64,000 nt of DNA from Candidatus Doudnabacteria bacterium (GCA_016186915.1 JACPKU010000006.1:350086-414085), one strand, 5' to 3'; shown: positions 7,827 to 17,156, counted from the first letter of the stretch. Program-made: numbers and translations. The notes: generated from the letters alone by a model not told the origin.

Positions 7827-10385
7827 TTACTTAATTTCTATACTTATCATATCTTGTTTTATTAATAATTGCAAAAACTTCAAGCCTTCATAAGTCTCCA
7901 TTTCGGCTTTCTTGCCCTTTTCCTGAATGTGCACCTTGGAACTATCCTTATTCTCCTTATAATCTAGCATGGCTACTAATCCCCAAGATGTAAGTATCTG
8001 TTTAATACTCCGAATCTCTCCTTTCTTGTACTTCACATTAGTCGTAAACAGTGCTTTGACAGGCTGAATAAGACTTAAAATAGAGGTATTTTTATTTAAG
8101 CTTTTCCAAAAGTTTATAGTAAGACTATTCCCTACTTGATCCATAGCCGTACATTCAGTTTCAGAACATATTATACTCGGATCAGGATCAACTATATCTG
8201 ATGCTATGAATTCAAAATCCTGGGTCAGTGCGTTAAATTTTACAATTATTACAGGAGGTTCGTCATCTTTATCTTCGTCACCATTCAACACGGCGTCGGC
8301 ATTAAGAATATTAAAACCGCCATCTCCTTCGTAATCATAATTTACTTGCCCGTCCACGACCTCAATTTTAGTCAAATTAGTAATTGGAATATCGTTATAT
8401 ACTGTTGTGGTAGTAACTTGCCCATTGTCAATGTCAGAGATGATTAAATCAATCGTTGCCTCTTCTTCACCTAAGCCAATTATGGTATAGGTGTTGCCAT
8501 CATCAGTAGGAATATAGATGAATTTTTCTCCACCTATGATTTCGTAGTCAACCCCAGGCAGGTTGTTTTCGAATCCGCCTGGAATTGGCCCGGCATGGTT
8601 GCCATTCTGATCGTAAATATGAACTTCGACAGGGCTGCGCCATGTTAATTTCTTGCCCTTGAAATTACAAAAAGAAGTATTGTTACTAATATTGTTATTC
8701 AACTGGATATTGTCAGATAGGATACCTAAAATTAAGGCTCTGATACTAGGGTTGCTTGGAAGTTCAGCATGTGATCCGTTTCTAAGATAGTATTTATTTG
8801 GAGCGGGTATATTTACATGATCGGCACTGACCAAAGGGACTGTCCCGTCTCCTGAAGAATAACCAATGCTGCCGATAGAGTTATTGCCGATTCCATATCT
8901 ATAGGCCGACTGGGTTGCCGTACGACAGCCTGCAATATTATAAGCCTCAATTCCGCCGAAATCTTGATTAAATAATTGCTTATCGAAAAATTGATTAGAC
9001 ATCGAAAGAAGATTAGTATTCACGCCCTTAGCCATTAAAAAATCTTGAGTTTCTGTGTAATTGTATAGACTCTTTTTGAAAATATGATAAGGGGCGACAT
9101 AACCCAAAAAATTATCAAAATAGGTAGGATTTGGAAGTAATTGATAAACTGCAGGAGAATTATGAGCGATTTCCTGAATACGATCTTCTTCCAACCAGGG
9201 AATGCTCATGTGATCGCCGTACAAAAGAATTTTGGCAGCTTTAGGAGCACCTAAATGCGGGGTCCCGACAAAAATTAGTTTGTTTATTTTATCTTGTCCA
9301 TAAGTATCTAAATAATCTTCTACAAGCAACCCACCCATACTGTGAGCCACTATATCCACCTTCTGAAAACCTGTTAGCCCCTGGATTTGTTTGATCTTTT
9401 GGTTTAAGCTTGCTTTCGTAGTATCCAAATCTATCCGCCAGTCATATGGAAAGAAAAATAACGAATCATCTATAACATATCCTTCTAATATCATAGAATT
9501 AATAAGGGTAAAAAAGCTATCTAATATTATCTTATTTATTCCAATTTCAGGTGCAATAAAAGATATTTCGCGTATTATCTCACCGACTTTTATATTCTGT
9601 ACGGAATCCCCGTTTCCATTCAGGCTCAAATTTTCTGTCAAGAACTGATCATTAATATCAAAAAACATCCTTGGAATATTAGGCCAGATTAATTCATCTG
9701 ATGAATTTAATAATTCTGTCCCCGTAATCCCTGGTATAATCAGCACGGGGCGTTTGCCGGGAGGCTCGGCGCCGTCCACACTCCCCGTCGGATTTTGCAC
9801 ATTCTGGATATCAATCAAATAGGAATACGTGGCTTGTTTGTCTGGACTTGTTTTGCCGTCCCAAACTTCCAGCCAAACATAACGAGGGGCGAGGTTGGGA
9901 AAAATCTGGTGGATAATGCCGTTATTAAAAACCACTTGGTTATTGGTGGTATTGTAGGAAACAGTGTTGGGACCTGCTTGCAAGGGAGCGTCTCGGTCGG
10001 CGCCGCTAACCGGCCCAAAACCAAAAACAATCGCACAAGTAGCATTAAACGCATAAAGCTTAACCAATGAACCGGCGTTTGAAGCAGGATCAAACAACAG
10101 ATTTGGATGAAAGGTAATTAGCCCAGCAGAGGCAGTGACGAAGCTATTATTGTCTGTACCATAAGTAAAAGCCGTCTCTCCTTTTTCAAGCTCCATGTTA
10201 GACGTGATGTGGGCGCTCACTCCAAACCCGGGTAAAATTGCGTCCACTTGCTCGTCGTCACACGGTGTCTGGGGAAGATTCAGCGCTGCTGATGTCTGGT
10301 TGGCCGACAAAAATAACGCGCCTAAAATCAGCGCGCCTAAAGATATAATTTTTATTTTATTCAAAATCTTCGCCTCCGGAAACAT
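7827..10385 (-). CDS. Exported alpha/beta-hydrolase (LCAT/PGAP1-like lipase/acyltransferase)
   Basis: Signal peptide; PVLIIPGITGT, FPYDWR, VAHSMGG nucleophile elbow, GTPHLGAP, GDGTVP and a later His (SHAEL). Confidence 0.85.
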   Translation of the reverse strand: MFPEAKILNKIKIISLGALILGALFLSANQTSAALNLPQTPCDDEQVDAILPGFGVSAHITSNMELEKGETAFTYGTDNNSFVTASAGLITFHPNLLFDPASNAGSLVKLYAFNATCAIVFGFGPVSGADRDAPLQAGPNTVSYNTTNNQVVFNNGIIHQIFPNLAPRYVWLEVWDGKTSPDKQATYSYLIDIQNVQNPTGSVDGAEPPGKRPVLIIPGITGTELLNSSDELIWPNIPRMFFDINDQFLTENLSLNGNGDSVQNIKVGEIIREISFIAPEIGINKIILDSFFTLINSMILEGYVIDDSLFFFPYDWRIDLDTTKASLNQKIKQIQGLTGFQKVDIVAHSMGGLLVEDYLDTYGQDKINKLIFVGTPHLGAPKAAKILLYGDHMSIPWLEEDRIQEIAHNSPAVYQLLPNPTYFDNFLGYVAPYHIFKKSLYNYTETQDFLMAKGVNTNLLSMSNQFFDKQLFNQDFGGIEAYNIAGCRTATQSAYRYGIGNNSIGSIGYSSGDGTVPLVSADHVNIPAPNKYYLRNGSHAELPSNPSIRALILGILSDNIQLNNNISNNTSFCNFKGKKLTWRSPVEVHIYDQNGNHAGPIPGGFENNLPGVDYEIIGGEKFIYIPTDDGNTYTIIGLGEEEATIDLIISDIDNGQVTTTTVYNDIPITNLTKIEVVDGQVNYDYEGDGGFNILNADAVLNGDEDKDDEPPVIIVKFNALTQDFEFIASDIVDPDPSIICSETECTAMDQVGNSLTINFWKSLNKNTSILSLIQPVKALFTTNVKYKKGEIRSIKQILTSWGLVAMLDYKENKDSSKVHIQEKGKKAEMETYEGLKFLQLLIKQDMISIEIK

Positions 10386-10498
10386 ATTTGTTTTAGTTAA
10401 ATCTCAGAACTTTATTATATCAAAAATTTAAGTAGCCTCCAATAAAATCGGACAAAAAAAGACTGGTGGGGCGTGCGGCCCACCAGCCGCGACAGAAG

Positions 10499-10984
10499 TC
10501 ACACCTCCGGGAGCTCCACGACGAAGCTCTGGCGCAACGCGCTCATCGCTTCCTCCAGCCTGTCTCCTGGGATAATGCAGGTGACCTTCATTTCAGAGGA
10601 TCCAATGCAGTCAATGTTGATTCCGCGCTCTGCCAGAGTTCGAAACATCAACGCCCAAAGTTCTGGGCTGGACGCCAATCGCGAACCCTCGATTGCCACA
10701 CTAGCAACATTGGGCTCGAGTATGACGCTGGCAGCAATTTTCCCCTCCACCCAGCCGTCGACCAGTGGACTGATCTTGGCCTCGGCACCCTGGTTCACGA
10801 CAAATGTGATCCGGCTGAATCCGTCGTTTGTGTCCCCTTGCACAATGGGATGGACGTTTATACCCAGACTGGCCACGTCGCCAAACACTGTAGCTGCAAT
10901 GCCCACCTGGTCCGGAACACCATACAGCGTCACTTGGACCAGATCGGCTCGTGACGTGATCGCTCGCACGACTGCTTCTTCCAT
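10499..10984 (-). CDS. Stand-alone tandem ACT protein (aspartokinase beta-subunit-like)
   Basis: GVPDQVGIAATVF..INV and MFRTLAERGINIDCIGSSEMKVTCII match the AK ACT pair; strong SD (AAGGAGGAG). Confidence 0.8.
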   Translation of the reverse strand: MEEAVVRAITSRADLVQVTLYGVPDQVGIAATVFGDVASLGINVHPIVQGDTNDGFSRITFVVNQGAEAKISPLVDGWVEGKIAASVILEPNVASVAIEGSRLASSPELWALMFRTLAERGINIDCIGSSEMKVTCIIPGDRLEEAMSALRQSFVVELPEV

Positions 10985-11055
10985 GTCACTCCTCCTTCCT
11001 GCTCTTAGCTAAACAATATATAATATTCACCACTTACAGTCAACACGCTCTAAAT

Positions 11056-11084
11056 TTGACTTTTTTTGAATAGAGGAGTATAAT
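11056..11084 (+). promoter_or_regulatory. Sigma70 promoter upstream of the tRNA-Arg leader
   Basis: TTGACT-N17-TATAAT. Confidence 0.7.
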
Positions 11085-11309
11085 TATGCTAGTTAACAAA
11101 CCAAAAAGCAGACGCATCTGACACAGCATTTGCGTTTCTCCCCGATCTCTTACTGTGTAAGAGATCGTTTAATTTCCAGAAAAATGAGTCGCAGGCCCGG
11201 CCGCTCTTGCGGACGGGAACGAGAACAATTTTTCTGAAAGGAGCAGCATGCAAACCGTAGCGGCCGCGAGTTTATGAACGGACGCGAAGCGTTTACCAGA
11301 CTGCGACGT

Positions 11310-11384
11310 GCCCCCGTAGTTCAATGGATAGAACAGGAGACTTCTAATCTCTCGATGCGGGTTCGATTCCTGCCGGGGGTACCA
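11310..11384 (+). tRNA. tRNA-Arg(UCU)
   Basis: Cloverleaf GCCCCCG/CGGGGGT, anticodon loop CT-TCT-AA, TTCGATT T loop, encoded CCA. Confidence 0.95.
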
Positions 11385-11421
11385 GAATACAATTTACAAT
11401 TAACAAATTCCAATTTTCAAT

Positions 11422-11730
11422 ATGGATTTGCAGAAAAATCTGTTTCATGGTTTTTTAAGTGCAGTAGGTGTGTTTGTCTATACTTCAGTAGTTGCGTGGC
11501 TGCTTTTTAACTCCGGCAGACTTTTTGGCACAGAAGACACTTTCTGGGGACCCGTTGGAATGTTACTACTGTTTGTGCTTTCTGCCACGCTTGTGGGATT
11601 GATGGTGCTCGGCCGTCCGGCTTATCTGTTCCTCAATGGCCGCCGATTTGAAGCCCTGAAACTGTTGTTCATGACCATCAGTTGGCTTGCCGTGATTGTC
11701 ATCATCGTTCTCGCGTTTCAGTTGAGTTAA
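11422..11730 (+). CDS. Small 3-TM hypothetical protein
   Basis: 102 aa, hydrophobic, with LLLFVLSA..LVLGRP motif. Confidence 0.75.
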   Translation: MDLQKNLFHGFLSAVGVFVYTSVVAWLLFNSGRLFGTEDTFWGPVGMLLLFVLSATLVGLMVLGRPAYLFLNGRRFEALKLLFMTISWLAVIVIIVLAFQLS

Positions 11731-11743
11731 ATCATGGTGCCTG

Positions 11744-11810
11744 CTCCGACGCTCCGACTAAAACGTCGAAGGTCGGAGTCCCGACCCTAGCCGAAGGCGA
11801 GGCGTCGGGA
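11744..11810 (+). repeat. Double-hairpin CCGAC/GTCGG element, copy 1
   Basis: CTCCGAC..GTCGGAG plus TCCCGAC..GTCGGGA, flanked by CTG and TGGAAG. Confidence 0.75.
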
Positions 11811-11823
11811 TGGAAGTAAATAT

Positions 11824-11968
11824 ATGCATGGATTTGTATACATCCTTGAAGATGAAAATAATAAATACTACATCGGAAGTAGCAGCAACGTCCCAAAAAG
11901 AAAAGTTAAAACGAAAAGATTATATTACAAAAATAATCAAAGATGGGTATATTAAAATGAAGCTATAA
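11824..11968 (+). pseudogene. GIY-YIG nuclease remnant (internal deletion/frameshift)
   Basis: MHGFVYILEDENNKYYIGSSSNVPKR, then another frame gives KLKRKDYITKIIKDGYIKMKL*; the central part is missing. Confidence 0.7.
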
Positions 11969-11974
11969 TTTTGT

Positions 11975-12049
11975 GGAGATAGTAGTTCAATGGTAGAACG
12001 CGGCTCTGTGGAAGCCGTCACGGGGGTTCGATTCCCCTCTATCTCCCCA
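11975..12049 (+). tRNA. tRNA-His(GUG)
   Basis: G-1 plus GAGATAG/CTATCTC, C73, anticodon loop CT-GTG-GA, encoded CCA. Confidence 0.95.
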
Positions 12050-12077
12050 AAATTATGATTTGATTAAGTTAGAGGCT

Positions 12078-12203
12078 GCTCTGCCCCGACGTCTGCTAAA
12101 AATTGTAGTCGGGGAGCCGACTGAAACGTCGGCTTGGAAGCCGTCACGGGGGTTCGACCTGTCCGCCGAAGCACACGAAGTGAGCGAAGGCGGATGCGGC
12201 CCC
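12078..12203 (+). pseudogene. tRNA-His remnant interrupted by two palindromic elements
   Basis: GCTCTG, insert 12084-12134, TGGAAGCCGTCACGGGGGTTCGA (identical to 12009-12031), insert 12158-12194, then TGCGGCCCCA. Confidence 0.7.
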
Positions 12204-12341
12204 AACAAAAGACATTGGCGCTTATGAGAGTTGAACATTGGCCGCGAGACAGAAAAGCCTAATCTTGCCTTGTTGTTTTTTGTTTGCGAGTATGCTATAC
12301 TACCTGTGTATTTAATTGAGAAGTCGTCGAGCTTAATATTT

Positions 12342-12371
12342 TCCGCCAACGGCGGATCCGCCTCCGGCGGA
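12342..12371. repeat. Tandem 15-nt palindromes in the csp leader
   Basis: TCCGCCAACGGCGGA followed by TCCGCCTCCGGCGGA. Confidence 0.7.
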
Positions 12372-12404
12372 ATATTTACATAATAACATTAATACAACAA
12401 ATCT

Positions 12405-12602
12405 ATGAAAGGTGTAGTTAAGAAAAAGACCGAGAAGGGGTTTGGTTTCATTTCGGTCGAAGGTCAGGAAAAAGACCTCTTCTTCCACGGCAATTCCCTT
12501 GTTGATGTAACTTTCGATGAACTCAAAGAAGGCGACAAAGTTACCTTTGATATCGAAGAATCACAAAAAGGGCCGAACGCCACAAACGTAAAGCGCGCTT
12601 AG
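12405..12602 (+). CDS. cspA: Cold-shock protein
   Basis: KGFGFI (RNP1), DLFFH (RNP2), KGPNATNV. Confidence 0.93.
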   Translation: MKGVVKKKTEKGFGFISVEGQEKDLFFHGNSLVDVTFDELKEGDKVTFDIEESQKGPNATNVKRA

Positions 12603-12615
12603 TCCCCTTGCCCTT

Positions 12616-12670
12616 AAAAATCGCCAGCGTTGCGAGGTCAAAATCCCGCAAGACATGTCGGCGATTTTTT
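12616..12670 (+). terminator. Intrinsic terminator
   Basis: AAAAATCGCC...GGCGATTTTTT. Confidence 0.65.
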
Positions 12671-12710
12671 GGTATAATAACTCTGTAAAAATTGAGCAAG
12701 AAAGGCGTTG

Positions 12711-14024
12711 ATGGAAACACTGGTTGATCCGCAAGCCACGTTTAATAACTTAGGCATCGCTCCCCAGCTTTTGGAAATTTTAGAGCGCTTAAAATTCGTC
12801 TATCCTACCCCCATTCAACAGCAGGCCATACCAGTGGCAATTGAAGGCAAAGACCTTATGGGCATTGCCCAAACCGGCACTGGCAAAACCCTGGCTTTTG
12901 GCGTACCCATGATTCAACGGCTGGCGCAAAGCAGCGGGAAGATAAAAGGATTAATAATTCTGCCGACCAGAGAATTGGCGCTGCAGGTGGACGAAACACT
13001 CAAAAAAATTGGCAGCACACTTGGACTTAAAACCGCCATCTTGATCGGCGGCGAAGCCATGAGCCGGCAGCTTAAAATGCTTAGGCAAAAACCCCATATC
13101 ATAATTGGCACTCCGGGTCGTTTGATTGACCACTTGGAAAATAAAACGATTAATTTATCAAATACTGGCATTCTGGTTTTGGACGAAGCAGACCGGATGC
13201 TGGACATGGGGTTTGAACCTCAAATCAAAAAAATCCTGCAAAGGATCCCGACACAGCGGCAGACCATGCTGTTTTCAGCCACCATGCCGGCTGAGATTGT
13301 AAAAATCGCGCACTCCTACATGAGCCTGCCTTTGCGGGTAGAAGTGGCTCCATCTGGCACCACAATCCACACCGTGGTCCAGGAAGTGCTGTTTGTGGAC
13401 CGGCAAGATAAAATTTCTTCCCTGCGTTCCGTACTTTCAGAATACAAAGGAAGCGTCTTGGTTTTTACCCGAACCAAGCACGGGGCCAAAAAAATCGCCC
13501 GAACAGTGCGGGACATGGGCCACTCGGCAGCGGAAATCCACTCCAATCGATCACTAGGTCAGAGAGTTGAAGCATTGGAAGGATTTAAAATCGGCAAATA
13601 CCGAGTGCTGGTGGCCACTGACATTGCTGCCCGAGGCATTGATGTTACCGGGATTGAAATGGTTATCAACTATGACTTGCCCGCCACGGCGGAAGACTAC
13701 GTCCACCGCATTGGACGGACCGGACGCGCTGGCATGACCGGCCACGCCATTTCATTTGCCACACCTGACCAAAGGCGGGAAGTGAGAAACATTGAGAGGC
13801 TTATCCGCAAACCGCTTCCAATTTCTCAGAGTTCTAAAAAACTGCCGCAGACAGAGCAGGATCGAACCTCTCGTCCGTTTGATCGAAAAAAATTTGGCAA
13901 CAATCGAAGATTTTCCCGCCACCCGCGCCGGCAAGCGCGGCCGCAAGCGCGATCCAGAGGCAGGTCGAATTTTCAAAGTAGCAAGGGTTATTTTATGAAA
14001 TATAATCCTGCCAACAGCGAGTAG
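12711..14024 (+). CDS. DEAD-box RNA helicase (RhlE-like)
   Basis: Q motif, AQTGTGKT, PTRELA, DEAD, SAT, HRIGRTGRAG, basic tail. Confidence 0.95.
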   Translation: METLVDPQATFNNLGIAPQLLEILERLKFVYPTPIQQQAIPVAIEGKDLMGIAQTGTGKTLAFGVPMIQRLAQSSGKIKGLIILPTRELALQVDETLKKIGSTLGLKTAILIGGEAMSRQLKMLRQKPHIIIGTPGRLIDHLENKTINLSNTGILVLDEADRMLDMGFEPQIKKILQRIPTQRQTMLFSATMPAEIVKIAHSYMSLPLRVEVAPSGTTIHTVVQEVLFVDRQDKISSLRSVLSEYKGSVLVFTRTKHGAKKIARTVRDMGHSAAEIHSNRSLGQRVEALEGFKIGKYRVLVATDIAARGIDVTGIEMVINYDLPATAEDYVHRIGRTGRAGMTGHAISFATPDQRREVRNIERLIRKPLPISQSSKKLPQTEQDRTSRPFDRKKFGNNRRFSRHPRRQARPQARSRGRSNFQSSKGYFMKYNPANSE

Positions 14025-14028
14025 AGAT

Positions 14029-14355
14029 ATGCACCGGGATTTAGCGCTGATTAAGTTCGTGATGGCGAAAAATAAACTGCCGCGGGTGGAGCCGAAGCGT
14101 TTCCCAAGGGGCGTGATTAACCGCGTCTACGATTTAGGCGATTGCGTCATCAAAATCGAGGGCAGCGATTTGACGGATCATGCGAAGGGCGTACTCAAAC
14201 CGCAGGCGGAAATTATGAGCGAACTTATTTCTTTAGGCGCTAAGGTGCCAAAAATAGTAGATCACGGCGGGTTTGAAGGACACCCTTATCTGTTGATGGA
14301 AAAAATCAGAGGTCAAAATCTAGTCTATGACTGGCTGAAGAAACTGCTCTCCTAA
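14029..14355 (+). pseudogene. Truncated APH/choline-kinase-like phosphotransferase (N-lobe only)
   Basis: GVINRVY..VIKI..E..VPKIV..YLLMEKIRG; stops before the HGD/D catalytic motifs. Confidence 0.6.
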
Positions 14356-14439
14356 ACGACGAAAAGCGCACTGGAGAATTGACGGGACTCCTCCTTGAAA
14401 GTCCCTTCTCACATATGCGCTTGTCTATGATGACGTCTG

Positions 14440-14892
14440 TCAGTTGTATTTTTGTTGCAACTCTCTGAACGAACACTCTTCACATACTTCCTCAAAACGG
14501 TGCACTGTAAATATGATAGTCTCTGGCTTCACCCCATTCCAGCCACTCAGCATTGTCCTGCACTCTCCGCATGGCGGCAGGGTCTTGCAATCCTTCCCAC
14601 TGCGACCGTCACGCTGAGGCAAACCAGCTACGGCGATAGCAATGATTTCTAAGTATCCCGCTTTGATGGCTTTCTCCAAGGCCTCGAACTCCGCACAGCG
14701 CTTCGGTCCAGGTTTGAGTGCTGGCATGAAGTTCGCACCCCAGAAAATACGATACTCGGAACCGTTATAGGCCAGCATGGCACAACCTACCAAAAAATCA
14801 CGATAGTTGATGCCAGCAAAAGCAGCGAAACGAGCCAACATTTTTAGAAAGTTTTTGCATAGAAGATACATCTCGACATGGCGTCGATCCAC
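14440..14892 (-). CDS. Cytidine deaminase-like zinc protein
   Basis: GAN..CAE..PPCGECR motifs. Confidence 0.75.
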   Translation of the reverse strand: MDRRHVEMYLLCKNFLKMLARFAAFAGINYRDFLVGCAMLAYNGSEYRIFWGANFMPALKPGPKRCAEFEALEKAIKAGYLEIIAIAVAGLPQRDGRSGKDCKTLPPCGECRTMLSGWNGVKPETIIFTVHRFEEVCEECSFRELQQKYN

Positions 14893-15023
14893 GTATCCTC
14901 CGGTTTACTTTCTAAAAAGAGTGAATTTATTATTGCTTAAAATAAATTCCTGGTCAAGTATAACTACCAAAAAACACCTTCTTTACAGAAAGTGTTTTCC
15001 AGAAAATCAAGAATTGAGATTGC

Positions 15024-15404
15024 TTAAGTGTACTGGCTTACAGCCAAAATATTCCCTTCACTATCCTTAAACCACGCGCCCTTGATTTTGCCCATGGTGG
15101 CTATACTGTTGACTGTTTTCAGTCCCGGAAAATCATATTCCTCGAATACCACCCCTTTGCCCCGCAGCTCACTCATCTCAGCTTCCAAATCTTCCACCTC
15201 AAACCCAGCCAAGGTGTGTTCCGCCTGGGAAGGCGGTCTTTGGTAAATATACAGCCTGGTTCCTCCCCCGCAGGCAAAAGTGGCGGAATTGGGCTCTGCT
15301 TCTCTTGGAATTTCTTTCAATCCCAACTTTTCTGCGTAAAATTTTCTCGCCCTGGCAATGTCCACCGCCGGCAAAGTAGGACTAACTGGAGCGTTTGATA
15401 ACAT
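15024..15404 (-). CDS. VOC/glyoxalase family protein
   Basis: ARKFYAEKLGL, FEVEDL, AWFKDSEGNIL. Confidence 0.9.
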   Translation of the reverse strand: MLSNAPVSPTLPAVDIARARKFYAEKLGLKEIPREAEPNSATFACGGGTRLYIYQRPPSQAEHTLAGFEVEDLEAEMSELRGKGVVFEEYDFPGLKTVNSIATMGKIKGAWFKDSEGNILAVSQYT

Positions 15405-15509
15405 GTCTTGCCCTTTCTTTATTTAAGATTCAAGCTCGACCTTTATTTTCTGCAAGTGCACGATAAGTATAAAACAAGGGTTTTTGTTTTGCAATTATTC
15501 AGCTAGACT

Positions 15510-17009
15510 ATGGGTATGTTACTCAAATTTCTCTCCTCCATCACTATGTATCGGTTGCTCCTGTATGTTTTGATCCTGATCCTGCTCGGTTCAGTAGTTT
15601 TTGCGTTCTTAGGGCTTGCGCCATACAACGCCCCTGACATCATAGTTCAGGCGATTTTCTTGTTGGCAACCACAGGAATCCTAAACAAAACCTTGGCGAA
15701 ATTTTTTAAAACCCCGGACAACACGGAATCCTGGATTATCACGGCGCTGATCTTAACCTTGATCCTCGGCCCCTATTCTGTATCTGAAGGATGGCTGATT
15801 CTAACTGTCGCATCAGCAGCGGCCATAGTATCCAAATTTACCCTGGTGAAAAACCACAGCCACATTTTTAATCCTGCGGCCCTGGGTGCTTTGGTAATCG
15901 CGCTTGCCCTAAACTCTTTGGCGAGTTGGTGGGCGGGTGGGATAGCGCTTGCTCCTTTAATTTTTTTCTTAGGACTGGTGGTTGCCTTGAAAACAAAAAG
16001 GCTCCATCTTTTGATCGGCTTTCTGGCTGCTTACTTAAGTGTCGTACTTTTGGACACTGTCCTAATCCAAAAAATAGACCCATCTGTGGCTCTCAATACT
16101 TTACGAAACCTGATCGTATCCCCGGCTTTTTTATTTTTTCTGTTTATCATGCTTATAGAACCGCTGACCTCTCCCAGAACAACCAGGCATCGGGTTTATT
16201 TCGGAATATTTGCGGGTCTTGCCTGGTTTAGTCTGCAAAAATTCCTGCCCACTATTCCTTATTCTCTGGAATTGTCCCTCGTTTTGAGTAATGCTTTCGC
16301 TTTTTTGCTCGCCCCAAACTTCAGACAAAAATTTACTCTCACAAAAAAAGAAGCTTTAACTCCAAGCATAGTTAATTTCTGGTTTGCTCCGCAAAAACCG
16401 TTTGCTTTTTCCCCCGGCCAGTTTTTAGAATATACCCTGCCCCACCCAAGCTCAGACGCGCGTGGGATCAGAAGGTATTTCACCATCACCTCGTCTCCAA
16501 CAGAAAAAGATATCCTAATCACTTCCCGGTTTTCCGAAAAAGGAAGCAGCTTTAAGCTGAAACTTAGACAAATGAAAGTTGATGAACAAATAATCGGCTC
16601 TTATTTGGCCGGCGATTTTATACTCCCTCAAAATAAAAAGCAAAAACTCCTGTTTATTGCCGGAGGTGTCGGCGTTACGCCTTTCAGAAGCATGATAAAA
16701 AACTTGATCGATACTAATGAACAAAGAGACATTGTCTTAATTTACGCCGCGAGAAACCAAGAAGACCTGGTGTTTACTGAAATATTTAAGGAAGCAGAAA
16801 ATATCTTGGGACTGAAGTTCATACCCGTTCTCGCGGAATCAAATCAAAAAGTCGATCAAGAATTTCTTACAACCCGCGTTTCTGATCTAAAAGAAAGGAT
16901 CGCTTATCTTTCTGGCCCGGAAGGCATGGTCCGCTCATTAAGCAAGGTCCTCAAAAACGCAGGACTCAAACGTAATCAAATTAAACACGACTATTTCCCG
17001 GGATACTAA
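15510..17009 (+). CDS. RnfD/NqrB-like membrane domain fused to an FNR-type FAD/NAD(P)H oxidoreductase
   Basis: HIFNPAALG and FIMLIEPLTSP in the membrane part; RYFTITSSP, IAGGVGVTPF, YLSGP in the C-terminal part. Confidence 0.85.
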   Translation: MGMLLKFLSSITMYRLLLYVLILILLGSVVFAFLGLAPYNAPDIIVQAIFLLATTGILNKTLAKFFKTPDNTESWIITALILTLILGPYSVSEGWLILTVASAAAIVSKFTLVKNHSHIFNPAALGALVIALALNSLASWWAGGIALAPLIFFLGLVVALKTKRLHLLIGFLAAYLSVVLLDTVLIQKIDPSVALNTLRNLIVSPAFLFFLFIMLIEPLTSPRTTRHRVYFGIFAGLAWFSLQKFLPTIPYSLELSLVLSNAFAFLLAPNFRQKFTLTKKEALTPSIVNFWFAPQKPFAFSPGQFLEYTLPHPSSDARGIRRYFTITSSPTEKDILITSRFSEKGSSFKLKLRQMKVDEQIIGSYLAGDFILPQNKKQKLLFIAGGVGVTPFRSMIKNLIDTNEQRDIVLIYAARNQEDLVFTEIFKEAENILGLKFIPVLAESNQKVDQEFLTTRVSDLKERIAYLSGPEGMVRSLSKVLKNAGLKRNQIKHDYFPGY

Positions 17010-17030
17010 CCCTTAGTTTACTTGAGTGAA

Positions 17031-17156
17031 GGTGCCGTTGTAAAACTAACCTGCGCAGTGCGACGGCGCGAGCAAGCTGCTCTCGGCAGCCGGTGAGGTA
17101 GTGAATCTGGTCGCAAATTCAGCAGAATTTGACGACCGGTAGTTTTCAACGGCGCC
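17031..17156. mobile_element. MITE-like palindromic element or structured RNA
   Basis: Terminal IRs GGTGCCGTTGTAAAACTA / TAGTTTTCAACGGCGCC enclose internal hairpins; no coding signal. Confidence 0.5.
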
